This document shows positions 1 through 15,238 of a DNA stretch of 64,000 nucleotides, in pieces. How positions within the stretch are numbered: the first letter of the stretch is position 1; each line of letters starts with the position of its first letter. The notes under the pieces were generated by a model. That model worked only from the letters and a program-made list of their open reading frames with translations. It searched no databases and was not told the origin of the DNA. Made by a program: the position numbers and the translations under genes. Source of the stretch: Tubiluchus corallicola (Eukaryota; Animalia; Priapulida); NCBI GenBank assembly GCA_030141605.1, contig JAQGDQ010000263.1:206511-270510 (forward strand), read 5' to 3'.

Positions 1-1782
1 TTACTAGGATCTTTTATGAGCGGAAGTAGGAAATTTGGTATAATTGCAAGTATTTAGGCATCGTTTAACCCAAAAGTCAAAAGGGTTGGTTCAGCTACAC
101 GTGTTAAGAGTGTAGGCCTAGTGGCACGATCTATAAACAAACCTATTAAGGGTTGTTTGTTTCTCCATACTTTATCGTCGGTTGTTTGCCATGAGATTTT
201 AAAATTTCTTGACCAAGATGTTCGTAATATTTCTTGCATTGTAGTTTCGTAACATGCTTGTATAATGTCAGAGACGGACAGAAAGCTCTAGACTCAGACC
301 ACAGCTCACCATCTTCCGACAAGTTTTCATTTTACTGTCGTGAAGAAATATATAATCAAATATCATTGAAATTTCACCGGAAATGATATGTTATGTATTA
401 CATTCTCCTCCTAATGTGTCAAAAACCTCATGTCATTTCCGTCTGTTTAAACTTTCAAATTTAACTTCCATCGAAATTCTGGGCACTCTGAGATCCTGCT
501 TATAAATCAAGTTTTTGTCGGGCTTCTTATCTATGGAATTCGGTGTGGTGTGTTTTTCCTGCTAATTATTGCAACAAGCTCGAGAAAGACATTTACAGAT
601 GCACCCTGTGACTACAAGACGGTTAAAAGAATCCTATTTTTCTGTACCTGCGCAACCCATAAGCGAATTTTAAAGCTCCATTGTAACGTTAATTTATATG
701 TTAATCCAGTTCTTTGCTCATTGGCTGTGTTAAATAACCACACTAGTATAAGTATACTCGGCAGAAACCGTATTAGAGCACACGTGAGCTACCATACTTA
801 TGCTTATAGACCTGTCGACATAATAGCGTACATTCTGTTCTGGACTTTGCATAAGTTTTGACAGTTAACGATATCAATGAAATGTATTCACTACTAACAG
901 TATCATGTATATACCAATGTAAATAGCACTACTTAACCTAATATATTACATGTAATGCAATCATTATGTGTGAATAAAGATAATATATATTACCCCGAGT
1001 AGCTATTGGTTTTGCTATATAAAGAACTAATTCTTGCAAACTAGCCCTAGCAGTTATATGCACACTATATACAAACTGAACAAGGTTCACTGCAAAATAA
1101 ATGAAGTAATGAAAGATTTTATAGTAAAGAGTAACCAATATTGCAAACTAAGACACCATAAAAACCGTTATGGTTGCTCCAGGGTAGAGGTTAGAAAACC
1201 AATCATTTCTCACAAAACTGTAGACCGAAACAAGCTATAAAAACTTTATTCTTGAAAAGGAAAATAGCTTAAACGCCTGAATGCAATCCGTGAGTACAAT
1301 ACACACTTGTCAGCTAGAACAGCCGTTAACAAGCGACAAAAGAATAAATTTCAACAGTTTTTTACTTCTTGAAAGTCATATTAAATTTGGTATATTCAGA
1401 CCAGAGGGGTAGTTAGCAAGATGGGTTTACAATATACAACCTAGTTACATTTAATATGTGGTGATACCTCTTTAATGTATCTAAACTGTATCATTTAATT
1501 GTTGGCATAGAAACGGACTCACGGTATATGCATCAAAGCAAATAGTGTCACTGTATCTACTGCAGTTATTAGCTCACATTTTCGACAAATTTGTCATAGT
1601 GACGCCATTCTTAAAACTAATCTTGACCTACTGACTTGTTCAATTTATTGTAAATTTCTAACTGCTTTTCGAAATACTCGTGAACGCTTTTAAGCTATTA
1701 TATAGATTATTATGACAATGTCGTAGATCTGATGCAGATAAGTGTGACGAGAGACAAGAATTACTCATCTATTGCTAACAAT

Positions 1783-2152
1783 AAGCCTTTTCACAGGCAA
1801 TTTCGTTGTGCGCAGGCGCAGTTGCTGTAGGTCATAGTTATGCATCTTAACTGCAACCGTCATGTGACATGTGGGTAAAGCAAAACCGACTGCTGCATCA
1901 GTTCAGAAACTTCAGTTGCGTGAATTTTACTTAATTATGCACTAGTCTGTGTGTAGAGTGACTTACTAGCAGGATCTTGGCTTGGGAACAAGAAAAAATG
2001 AAGTAGGTAAGGTTCTAGCTTGCTGTTAAAACTGTTACCATTACAATAGCATGGGCTGCGAGGCGTTGTCAAGTGTACACAAATGTATTGTCTGGTACAC
2101 TTAACCTTTGACCTTTGCGCGATCATCATAACCTGGAACTGTGAAAAAGCTT
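1783..2152. mobile_element. MITE with aagccttttcacag terminal inverted repeats (relatives near 59168-59431, 21870-21998 and 26732-26782)
   Basis: at|aagccttttcacag ... ctgtgaaaaagctt|at. An AT flank would fit an ISL2EU/Harbinger-like origin (inference). Confidence 0.7.
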
Positions 2153-2319
2153 ATTCATATATAACTGTGTTTCACTCAAGATCTTTACTTCAGTTAAAAT
2201 TTCTGTGTAAAACTAACTCGCTAAATTGGTAAATTTTTGCACCAAACGAGCAGTTCTCATCCGGCCAATCACTGTGACGGTTGACTGGATGGGAGTTAGC
2301 AGGTCATTAAACGATTCAA

Positions 2320-3430
2320 ATGGATAACATTGTCTCAGGACAGACTCAGACAATCATTGGATAACATTGTCTCAGGACAGACTTAGACAATCATTGGATA
2401 ACATTGTCTCAGGACAGACTCTGACAATCATTGGATAACATTGTCTCAGGACATACTCAGACAATCATTGGATAACATTGTCTCAGGACAGACTCTGACA
2501 ATCATTGGATAACATTGTCCCAGGACAGACTCAGACAATCATTGGATAACATTGTCTCAGGATAGACTCAGACAATCATTGGATAACATTGTCTCAGGAC
2601 AGACTCAGACAATCATTGGATAACATTGTCTCAGGACAGACTCTGACAATCATTGGATAACATTGTCCCAGGACAGACTCAGACAATCATTGGATAACAT
2701 TGTCTCAGGACAGACTCAGACAATCATTGGATAACATTGTCTCAGGACAGACTCTGACAATCATTGGATAACATTGTCCCAGGACAGACTCAGACAATCA
2801 TTGGATAACATTGTCTCAGGACAGACTCAGACAATCATTGGATAACATTGTCTCAGGACAGACTCTGACAATCATTGGATAACATTGTCTCAGGACAGAC
2901 TCTGACAATCATTGGATAACATTGTCTCAGGACAGACTCAGACAATCATTGGATAACATTGTCTCAGGACAGACTCTGACAATCATTGGATAACATTGTC
3001 TCAGGACAGACTCTGACAATCATTGGATAACATTGTCTCAGGACAGACTCAGACAATCATTGGATAACATTGTCTCAGGACAGACTCAGACAACCATTGG
3101 ATAACATTGTCTCAGGACAGACTCAGACAACCATTGGATAACATTGTCTCAGGACAGACTCTGATAATCATTGGATAACATTGTCTCAGGACAGACTCTG
3201 ACAATCATTGGATAACATTGTCTCAGGACAGACGCTGACAATCATTGGATAACATTGTCTCAGAACAGACTCAGACAATAAATGGATAACATTGTCTCAG
3301 GACAGACTCAGACAATCATTGGATAACATTGTCTCAGGACAGACTCTGACAATCATTGGATAACATTGTCTCAGGACAGACTCAGACAATCATTGGATAA
3401 CATTGTCTCAGGACAGACTCAGACAATCAT
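2320..3430. repeat. 37-bp minisatellite, about 30 copies
   Basis: Unit tggataacattgtctcaggacagactcagacaatcat, head-to-tail with no spacers. Confidence 0.97.
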
Positions 3431-4639
3431 TTTTCCCTCTAGCGGCTGCGCAGTTCGTGGTTTCCATGCAAAAGTAAAAAGTTCTTTATCATTTATTGTT
3501 AGAAGTTGAGAATCTCTAAGAATCAAAACGTCGAAAGAACAAGATCCTGAGTAAAATGTTGGTGCTTGGTGCAACTTTGTTGGTTTTATTGGTGTCAACT
3601 TTTTTGATCATTTGTTGCTGTTGTTGTTGTTGTTGTTGTTGTTGCTGTGGCTGTGGCTGTCGTTTTTATTGTTGCTGTGGCTGTCGTTTTTATTGTTGTT
3701 GTCGTTGTTGCTGTCGTCATCATCATCATCATTATCATCATATTAGCCGGTGTAAAAGCCATTAATTACATCTGTTGGCTGGAAAAGGTTTTGAATCATC
3801 ACTTTATGATAATCATCAAGAATGCTATTGCGTTAATCACGATCAAATGGTGAAATCATTAAATCATGTCAAACTGTGACAGACAAAATAAATTATGATC
3901 AAAACTCTGATTGACGATGATGGCTTTAACACTGCATAGTCAATAAATTTAAATTACTCTTCTAACAATAGGAGAATAGTTTCAACTTCGGCTGAGGAAA
4001 TACAATGAGTTCTATAATGATAATAATAATAATGATGACAATAATAATAGGACATTTTTGCTTTTAATGGATCAGGCATTGTCGGCTGTGCCCAACAATT
4101 TTCTGCCTGACTTGCAGATATGACTGTGTGGTCAGCGATATGGAGTAGAGAACCTATGCAAAAGAGAGGCACACCAACAATGACCTATCCATGCAACCTG
4201 ACAAAATCTAACGTTAATTTATACATATTACTGCTCGCACAGCTGTTGTACCTAGATAATTTTACGTTCGAACAAAAGTTGTTCTTTTAATCCGAACAAA
4301 GTTGTATCGCCAGGTTAATTACTGGGCAGAAAGGATGGATACGCCATCGTCGATATTCCACGTAAGAGTAACTACACAAGCACCACTGACACCATTATGT
4401 ACACGCTTTTGTCCCGAAGTGTCGTGAATGACCACAGAAATTATTATCACTACATCTATGGGCTTGCGATCAGATATCGCGACCTCTGTGAAAGCTAACT
4501 CAAAAGGTTAATGGAAGAATTAAAATTGAAATGCTGATAACTGCTGACAGTGAAATGCTAAAAATCTTAAGTACTAGTGTATGTCGAAGTCTGGGTCATT
4601 ATTGTCCCACCTGACGCAGCGAAGTTTCAAATAATTTGA

Positions 4640-5275
4640 AAGAAATCTTGAATTCGAAGCGAATGCCTGCCTCTCAAATAAAACGAAAACACAATTTCAA
4701 AATAAATATAAAAAAATCTTGAATTCGAGGCGAATGCTTGCCTCCCAAATCAAACGAAAACACGATTTCAAAATAAACGTAAAAAATCTTGAATTCGAAG
4801 TGAATTCTTGCCTCCCAAATCAAACGAAAACACAATTTCAAAATAAACGTAAAAAATCTTGAATTCGAAGTGAATTCTTGCCTCCCAAATCAAACGAAAA
4901 CACGATTTCAAAATAAACATAAAAAATCTTGAATTCGAAGCGAATGCCTGCTTCCCAAATGGAACGAAAACACGATTTCAAAATAAACATAAAAAATCTT
5001 GAATTCGAAGTGAATCCTTGCCTCCCAAATCGAACGAAAACATGATTTCAAAATAAATATAAAAAATCTTGAATTCGAAGCGAATGCTTGCCTCCCAAAT
5101 CGAACGAAAACATGATTTCAAAATAAACATAAAAAATCTTGAATTCGAAGTGAATTCTTGCCTCCCAAATCGAACGAAAACACGATTTCAAAATAAAACA
5201 TAAAAAATCTTGAATTCGAAGCGAATGCTTGCCTCCCAAATCAAACGCAAACACGATTTCAAAATAAATATAAAA
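4640..5275. repeat. About 70-bp tandem repeat, about 9 copies
   Basis: Unit aaaaaatcttgaattcgaagcgaatgcttgcctcccaaatcaaacgaaaacacgatttcaaaataaacat, with an EcoRI site in each unit. Confidence 0.95.
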
Positions 5276-5757
5276 ACTCCATAATTTTATGGAGGCCAGC
5301 AAAGTGAAAGTCCTTAATGACTTGTCCACCAAACTTAATAATACGTAAACAAAAATATAGTAATCTGAATGAATTACTTTGTTTACGTGAAATTACAGTT
5401 GTGGAACTTAATATAAATTAAAATGCGGTTACATATTATGATACGGCTCCAAAATAACTAAGCAAAGTGGCTAAGTAAGATTTTTAAAAAAAGTTTATTT
5501 TCCGAAAAGTCAAAATGTACAGTTTTTCAACTGTCAGTTTAGACAATATAGCGGGTGACGCAGAAAAAATGCGCCGAAATTTAGACTATAATAATATTAG
5601 AAGCGAATAGTCTGCAAAGTTGAAATTTCACGGCGTAGCTCTACAATAGACTGACTTTTAGCTGTGGAAGTTGGGAATTGTCTAGTTTACATCATCAAGA
5701 ACTGATAAAAGTTTGTTGTCAAGAAAAGAATAGGATTAATCCTCTGGATTATGGCAC

Positions 5758-5940
5758 CTGGAAGGGAAAGGGTTACGGTATCTGGAAGGGAAAGAGTTAC
5801 GGCATCTGGAAGGGAAAGGGCTACGGTATCTGGAAGGGAAAGGGTTACAGTATCTGGAAGGGAAACAGTTACGGTATCTGGAAGGGAAAGGGTTACAGTA
5901 TCTGGAAGGGAAACAGTTACGGTATCTGGAAGGGAAAGGA
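5758..5940. repeat. 24-bp minisatellite, about 7.5 copies
   Basis: Unit ctggaagggaaagggttacggtat. Confidence 0.95.
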
Positions 5941-6069
5941 TACTTTGCCGCACAGAAACTAAGCAAAGAAACGAAAGCCAAAAACTATCGAGTGCTGAGA
6001 CCAACCCCTTAAGGAAGTGAGAAACTTTGTCAGCCATAAGAGGAAATGCGTTCGTCTAATTATATATAT

Positions 6070-6860
6070 ATATAATAATCTTTATTTGCCATTAAAATAC
6101 ATTGATAATCACTGATAAAAACTCTACAGAGATGATCAATCAGTGTTAGTTAATAAAAACTTACACTGCTAAAGGCAAATGCATCAGTGCAATCTAAACT
6201 ACTGTGCAGTAATGGAAAGTAACGACGAATAAAATCAAACATATTTACAACTATGCACAAAAATGAAAAAATTATGATTTAATTAACATGGCCGTGGATA
6301 TATGAATTCTGAATTAGTGTGTATGTTATCGTACTGGTGTGATGGTATTTCATATCTGGTTAATATTAGTGATTTCAATTTTGTTTTAAATGCTGATAGG
6401 GACTTGATTTGTTTAACCTGTAATGGTAAAGAATTCCAAAGTAGAATTGCTTGCTTGATAACAGAGTTCGTTCCGTAGTGGGTATTTGTCCTAATTTGTT
6501 TTAGATTGCTTGTTCTGGAATTAACGATAGGATTTGGAAGAAAGGTAAATCTGTTATTCTTGAATGGTTTGCTGATGTTGTTAATGTATTTAAATATAAA
6601 AAGCAGAGTAAAATATTATTTGTGTGCTTCAATGATTGGGAATTTTAAAGTTTTTCTCAGGTTAGTTGTTGAAGCTTTGAATTTTTGTCTACCTGACTTA
6701 CGTTTGTATGAGTACCTAGCTATCAATCTCAACGCATAGTTCTGAGGGAGATTTAATTTTAAGTAATTTTCTCTTTTGGTCTTTTGAAGTAGCGTACATC
6801 CATATAAGAAGTGTGGTAGAACTAAAGTTTTATATATTAGTGTCTTAGTTTCCTTTGTTA
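6070..6860 (-). mobile_element. 3' fragment of an L2/CR1-group LINE
   Basis: Minus-strand translation TKTLIYKTLVLPHFLYG ... AILLWNSLPLQVKQIKSLSAFKTKLKSLIL; AATAAAG plus (TA)n tail near 6060-6087. Confidence 0.8.
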
Positions 6861-6862
6861 GT

Positions 6863-7360
6863 TGTTAAGCAACGTAGAGCCTGGTTAGTACTTGGATGGG
6901 TGACCGCCTAGGAATACCAGGTGCTGTAGGCTTGCGGGATGCCCTCACTGTATCTCGACACTAGGCGGAGGAGCTGCACAAGCAGCCAACAGCTAGAGGG
7001 CGGAGGAGGCAAGTGACCCAACAGCCATGTGTAGAGAAGTAAACCTTCCAAATCAGGAGTGGAGCCCCGAAGATGGACCAGTACAGCATGCTCACTGACT
7101 CCGGCAGCTCCTGCAGCTAACCTGGTGCCAAACGCATCGCTCTGCTTTCCTTTGGACTGCACCAGGGAGGAAGAGAGGGGGTTCCTGTTGTCTGAGCAAC
7201 TCAAGATTCCATACACCTTGCCCAAGTGTGCGCCCTGGAGACGTTCAAGGATCGGATTGCTCAGCCACAGTCGACGCTGCAGCTCCATCAATGTGATCAA
7301 TAACTGACTCTCTTGGCGCACACTCCATTGTCTTCCGAGACAGAAGGATGCCAATCAATC
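6863..7360 (+). mobile_element. 5S rRNA-headed SINE (SINE3-type), 5'-truncated, with GC-rich body and RTE-like 3' hairpin
   Basis: 6863-6933 matches the 3' part of animal 5S rRNA (gttaagcaacg...gttagtacttggatgggtgaccgcc...gaatacc...gtgctgtaggct) but lacks the oligo-T terminator. It continues about 420 bp and ends in tgtct-tccg-agaca, ggatgcc, (aatc)2. Confidence 0.7.
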
Positions 7361-9055
7361 TTTGGAAGAATCTAAGAGAACGCCAGCTACCGCAACATCA
7401 CTGTGGCAATTTTCAATTGATTCCGTTATATTTCTCTTATAATATCGTGACGAAAAATTCCTGATCGAGGAAAACTTTATGTAATTCAAGGGTTTAACTT
7501 TATATATAGGATTTTCGAAACAGGTCCAAACTCACATTTAAACTGTCTTAAACGCCTTTAAAAACTCTTCACTGTCACTCAAAAAGACACCACAAGAGGC
7601 GTGTATTGGCGTGCTGGGTATTTATACATCGTATGCCCTGTAGATTCAAGTTAGTCTAAGAAGTTTATCAGTCCACAATTAAGAAATTGTGCTAAATCTA
7701 CTAAAACGAATTATAATGCAAACACGTTCATTCATTCAGACGAGCCTCCATTATGCTAAAACACGAAATGTCCATAGACAAAAAAAGAGAAGAAAAAAAG
7801 AAAAGGAGTACAACTGGTACGCGTGAGACTAATTTAATTAACAACTATTCATGGATCACCCAGCCAACAATAACAGCTTTCATAGTTATGCATAGGAAAT
7901 TACTCAAGTTGAAGGAAATAAAAATCATGTCAAGTTGATTTTCTCTGCGTGAGAGATGATCGTAAGTCGGCCATGATGAATAGACAATGGTTTTTGAGGA
8001 AGAAACTATATTCCTGAACAAAGCGATGGATGACCGTGTTGCTGTAGGGTGAGTGACATGACAAGAAACAAACGATACCATTATCTTACATCCCTGGGCC
8101 AACAATTTTTTTTACAAAAACCATCCCAAACAAGACTGCGGCACACTTGAAATCAGAGGCTACGAGAAAACTTGGCCGACAAGTTGTAGACAGCTAGTGT
8201 AATTGATGAGAACGTACAGTTTGTGTTAAGACTCCATAGACTGACAAGAACTACTTAGTTGTTATGCAGGGGAAGACAAGTTTTCAGAGAGGTTGAAAAA
8301 AGTTGTAGTAATTGGAAGACTATGCGAGCTAATGCCCTCTTTATAAGATCTTAACTTAGCCCGGTACGTTATGGCGTTTGAGATCCCTCCGAAAATTTTA
8401 ACGCGGACCCCCATTCTTCTTTCTTTAAGAGGGTTTAATCAGTGCAGAGCCATATAGGAAACAGAAAGATGTATCTGTGGAAACACCGTGTGAAAAAAAT
8501 GACAGACAGATCTTGGAAACACCTGCATGCCTAAACACACGCTTAGAAGATCTTCAGTTAGTAATAGATTTCAAGCTACACAACAATCAATTTGTTTGAT
8601 CAAAGCTGGACCAAATCATCAATAAAATATTTCCAAAATACATTTAAGTGATTGGTCGAAGCTGCAATGACCACTTGAACAGAAGTAGATATTTCAGCTG
8701 AATGACCATTCTGCAATTTTCAATCAACAATATTTGATAACTCGGAATTGCGGTCAGCAAATAGTCTGAACCGAACAAGATGTGAAAATTGGCTTGACAA
8801 TTACACCAACACCACCAGCAACAACAATTACAAAAATAATTATAGGGAATAGATTTGACTTTGAGGTCTGCAGAATGTGGAGCCTCAAAACTTGACTCTA
8901 GGTCTGAATTGTTTGAAGAAATCAAGAAAATAGATTTAAGAAATATGCTTGAATAAAAAAGCAAAATTTGATAAGCAATCGGCATCGCGTTTGCTGTAAG
9001 CTATTCTGTGTATATCTAAAAACAGCTAAAGGACCAGGATTTCTTTGTACTCAAA

Positions 9056-9306
9056 ACGCCTCACACACAGGCAAGTTTAGATAGTCTCTACTGCATAACG
9101 AAATTACATATGCATTAAAATTTCAGAGCCATTTCTGGTTTAACTTTCTGAATTAATTTCAACCAACATACAGCATGCAAAACACCTCACACTCAGGCAA
9201 GTTTAGACAGTCTCTACTGCATGACGAAATTACATATGCATTAAATTTTTCAGAGCAATTTCTAGTTTAACTTTCTGAGTTAATTTCAACCAACATACAG
9301 CATGCT
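9056..9306. repeat. Direct duplication of about 126 bp
   Basis: cctcacac.caggcaagtttaga...caaccaacatacagcatgc occurs twice in tandem. Confidence 0.9.
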
Positions 9307-9989
9307 AAACGCCGAAAGCCATGACCCCATGGCGAGTTCGAATTCACTTAAAAGGCGTCTACACAGCGTGCATGGTGGTCTCTTATAAACACCTGGAAAA
9401 TGTGACAGCTTTTACGAAATGTTGCTGCTTGACAGCCCGACACACACGTTGGGTTATCTGCGTTAAATTGCGTTAAACTGCTAAATTAAAATCGCGTAGG
9501 GGAAGTCAGCATTTCTCAAATGTCAAAATCTTGACTGAGATTAGACTTTTAGAATAATAATGTGATGCCTGTAGTTTTGCACACTCCATGCACAATTCAA
9601 CCCATTGATACAGTAGCACAAACACGCCAATAGCAGAAATAATGCAATTACTTTAAGATTTTTTAAAAATTCTCATCATACAACAGAAAGGAAATACGTT
9701 CTGCAGGGCACACACAAGGGCCTATTTTGGCCGCAGAACGACTCGAAATGGCGTTTGTATGGTTCAGCCAATGCTGAGATTTTCTACATATATTAAACAA
9801 CACACATATATTCTCAGTATACGTTCTCAACTCAAACCCCGTAATAACTATATAGTAGACTTACGTGTCTATGCTTTCTTTGATTTTGTAAGCTACGTTG
9901 GGTACTTAAGTAGGTCCAAGAACACGCTTATAATCTTCTTCTTGTTGCTAAAGGTCAAACATTTCAATCACCAGCATTAAAGCATTAAA

Positions 9990-10580
9990 ACTCAATGGAT
10001 CATGCAAAGCGCAACAGATTATTAAATTACCAATGCATGCATCTGTTTGAACTTTGTCTTACATAAGTGCAATTCTGACGGCATCTTATGCACACAAGGT
10101 AATCGGATAATGAGAAACGATTTCAGTAATTATTAGTCGGTTCAGGCCAATGATAACAAGGACCTACCTGAAGGCGTGCTAGAGGTTTCTCATTAACAAA
10201 TAAAATCATTTGAAACGATTAAAGTGGGTTAGATGTTACATAAACAGATGTGCGCTCTACAAACTGAGGCACTTTAGGTTCGCCAATGATGACAATCCTT
10301 ACATGACATCTTGTTGAAATCATATGAGTACTCAGGACCCTCGACCCATTAAAACCACATGACCTTTAATGAATGCAAAGCTGCGAATAAGTGCGCATAA
10401 TTTACTAATAGAAAGGGGACGACACCAACAACCTAAAGTCCCTGTGAATACGAGAATCTGTCAACATTGTGACAGCCAAAAGTAGAAGAGGAAATTCATT
10501 TTTTGTTCTATTGCTCCTTCTACAACCGGTTAAGACAATCTAGCAGTAGCAATTTCATTAACTTTTACGAAAAGCTAAAA
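9990..10580 (+). mobile_element. Degenerate LINE 3' fragment (RTE-X-like zinc-knuckle region)
   Basis: LRISAHNLLIERGRH...RICQHCDSQK/VEEEIHFLFYCSFY, with a frameshift. Confidence 0.75.
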
Positions 10581-11722
10581 TAAACAATGGGCGGGGGACG
10601 ACTGAGATATAACCAAAATAGTCGCCTATTGCATTTTAAGTGTTTTAAAAAGCGTGATAATGATTGTTTTGTCGGTAATTTTGATAAGTGGTTTTGATAG
10701 CCTATTATGGTGGCTATGTGGGTGATCAAATTTCCGTGCTGTATTGAATCACTGCTATTATTGTGTGTATGTTCTAAAGTTACTTTATGCAGTCTTAAAA
10801 TATGATCTAAAATTAATTACTGTTATGATACTAGTAATTGTATATTGGGGGCTTACATGGTACCACACAGCGAGTACGTTTTAATCTGTTGTACAGTCAC
10901 AGAAAATGTAGCGTTCGTTTAACATGATCGTAACTATCAAAATAACTGGAATGCTTAAAAACTGCGATTTGCAAAAAAATATCAGCTAACAGATAAGTCA
11001 ACACAATGGACTATAGTTACTACATTTTTCATGATGATGTTACTATAAGGTGCGCCGTAACTTTTTAGCTTAACAATGTGGAGGACTGGAGCAATTTAGC
11101 TGTATTTTGTAAAGGTCTAGTCGAGCTTTTTGTCTTTGCTGCTTAAAAGTCAGGAGCTTTTCGGATTTTCGTAATATACAATATGATCTGTGTATAGTAA
11201 ATATTCTAACACAATATTATAGCTATAATAGGCGACCCATAAGAATAAAAACTGCCTGGCTACGTGCATAAAAAACTTTTATCGTTTTTTTGCGGCGTTA
11301 AAATATGAACTGTGTTTGTGCTGCCTAAATCATACTGTCATCGCAGTCGTAGTCCAAACAAAATCAAACAGCAATTTTACCTGGCGATTTTTAACTTTCC
11401 AGGCTAAGTGTGGAGTGTTACCATAAATCGACTGAGATTATCTCTGAGATTTGACGAGATTTTTCAAAACAATCAAATCTTTGGTCAAAACTTAGAAAAA
11501 TTATATAATTTTATTTATCAGTTCATCACGACTACACGAAAAGTGTATGAACATCAGAAACAAGCATGGTACGCGTTCACATGACTACGGTACAACGAAG
11601 ACGTTACAGCTAAAACGACAAAATTAAGAAGTGAGCTATGCGTCGGTAGTTTGAGTTGATCTACTACATCGTTTACATTGATTAATTACATTGTAGTTCA
11701 TATTAGTGAGTGGATTAATCAG

Positions 11723-11853
11723 TTAAAATATCGTACTGTTTTGTACACAATTAAAATATCGTACTGTTCTGTACACTATTAAAATATCGTACTGTTTTGT
11801 ACACAATTAAAATATCGTATTGTTTTGTACACAATTAAAATATCGTATTGTTT
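11723..11853. repeat. 28-bp minisatellite, about 4.5 copies
   Basis: Unit ttaaaatatcgtactgttttgtacacaa. Confidence 0.9.
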
Positions 11854-13025
11854 CGCTTGAACAAATGTGAAATAATTTTGCGACGTTGCATTACACATAT
11901 GGGTAAAAATAGTCACTGCGTAGACGTGAACTTACCATTATAAGTTTAATTAGTCTTGCATCACCAGTGTGCTACGTTAACATGTCTCAATGTTTACAAT
12001 ATGGGAACGCTTTGCATACGTAACATACGATTTTTTCCACTGCCGTGTATCAACTCAATATTACATACAAACAAACACTAAGTCTTGTACCTTTAGTACT
12101 AAAGAGACGTAAATGAATCTGTAAATCAGCAAATTTGATCTTTTGCAAATAGATTTTCCAGCAAAAACACAAGACCATTTATGGCAAACACAATTATGCA
12201 TTACCTTTCTACAGCCTAACAACTTTACAGAAATTAATAAATAAGCTTACATTTTAATCGGATTGCTATTGTACTTATAGAAACAGACAAGGTAGCATAA
12301 ATTCTTCAAATTGTCTGGGAGCTTTAAGATTAGGTTCTTGCGCTTTTGTATATCTTTACACTAAAAAAGCAAACAGCTCTAAGTGCTATTATGCAATGCA
12401 AGACCTAGTTCACATTACAGCGCAACAATAGTGTAATCGCTTGAGTTATTCAAGACGCATGGGAAAGTAGCAAATTCAAAAGCCATTTTGCGAATTATTC
12501 AGTCTAAAACCGTTTGTATAATAGATCATGGCGTGCATGATCTGTAACCTACTGAGCAGAATTTAAATTAATATTTATTTTATACAATATAATAACGATC
12601 GTGTTGCTTATCAAGAGCAAATTCAGCTATAGTTATTCAACTCAGAGCTCTGTAATTTGATATGCTTTAAAAATACGGATCTGCTATAAAAACCAAAATA
12701 TATTAATCTCAGCTTGATGTTCACGTTTGACAGTAGAATATACCAGGCTTCTATGGTTGCAGCTATTATAATTTTAGGATTTAATTAATTTTTAATGAGT
12801 GGGTGGAAAGTAATTTGATAATCATTATTCCTCAGACATTCTAAATGTTCGTAAAGTAGCAATCGGTATACATTATGACTCAGGCATCTTAAGCGGGAGT
12901 GGAACTTTAGCACGAGGTGGCAAAGTACAAATTGGTTTTTTACACCAAAATATACACAATCTTACGCAAATAACGCACAGGCACAATACTTACACGTCTT
13001 GGTCGCATAAGTTCAATCAAATGCG

Positions 13026-15238
<2,213 letters not shown>

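Noticed and set aside
54-290. Host exon at the left edge
   Set aside because: Open for about 77 codons but has no recognisable motif or convincing acceptor; could be decayed transposon sequence.
2320-3430. CRISPR array
   Set aside because: The 37-bp palindromic units abut directly with no unique spacers; the context is eukaryotic and there are no cas genes.
5678-6037. Repeat-protein ORFs on both strands
   Set aside because: Artefact of a stop-free 24-bp minisatellite; no splice or domain support.
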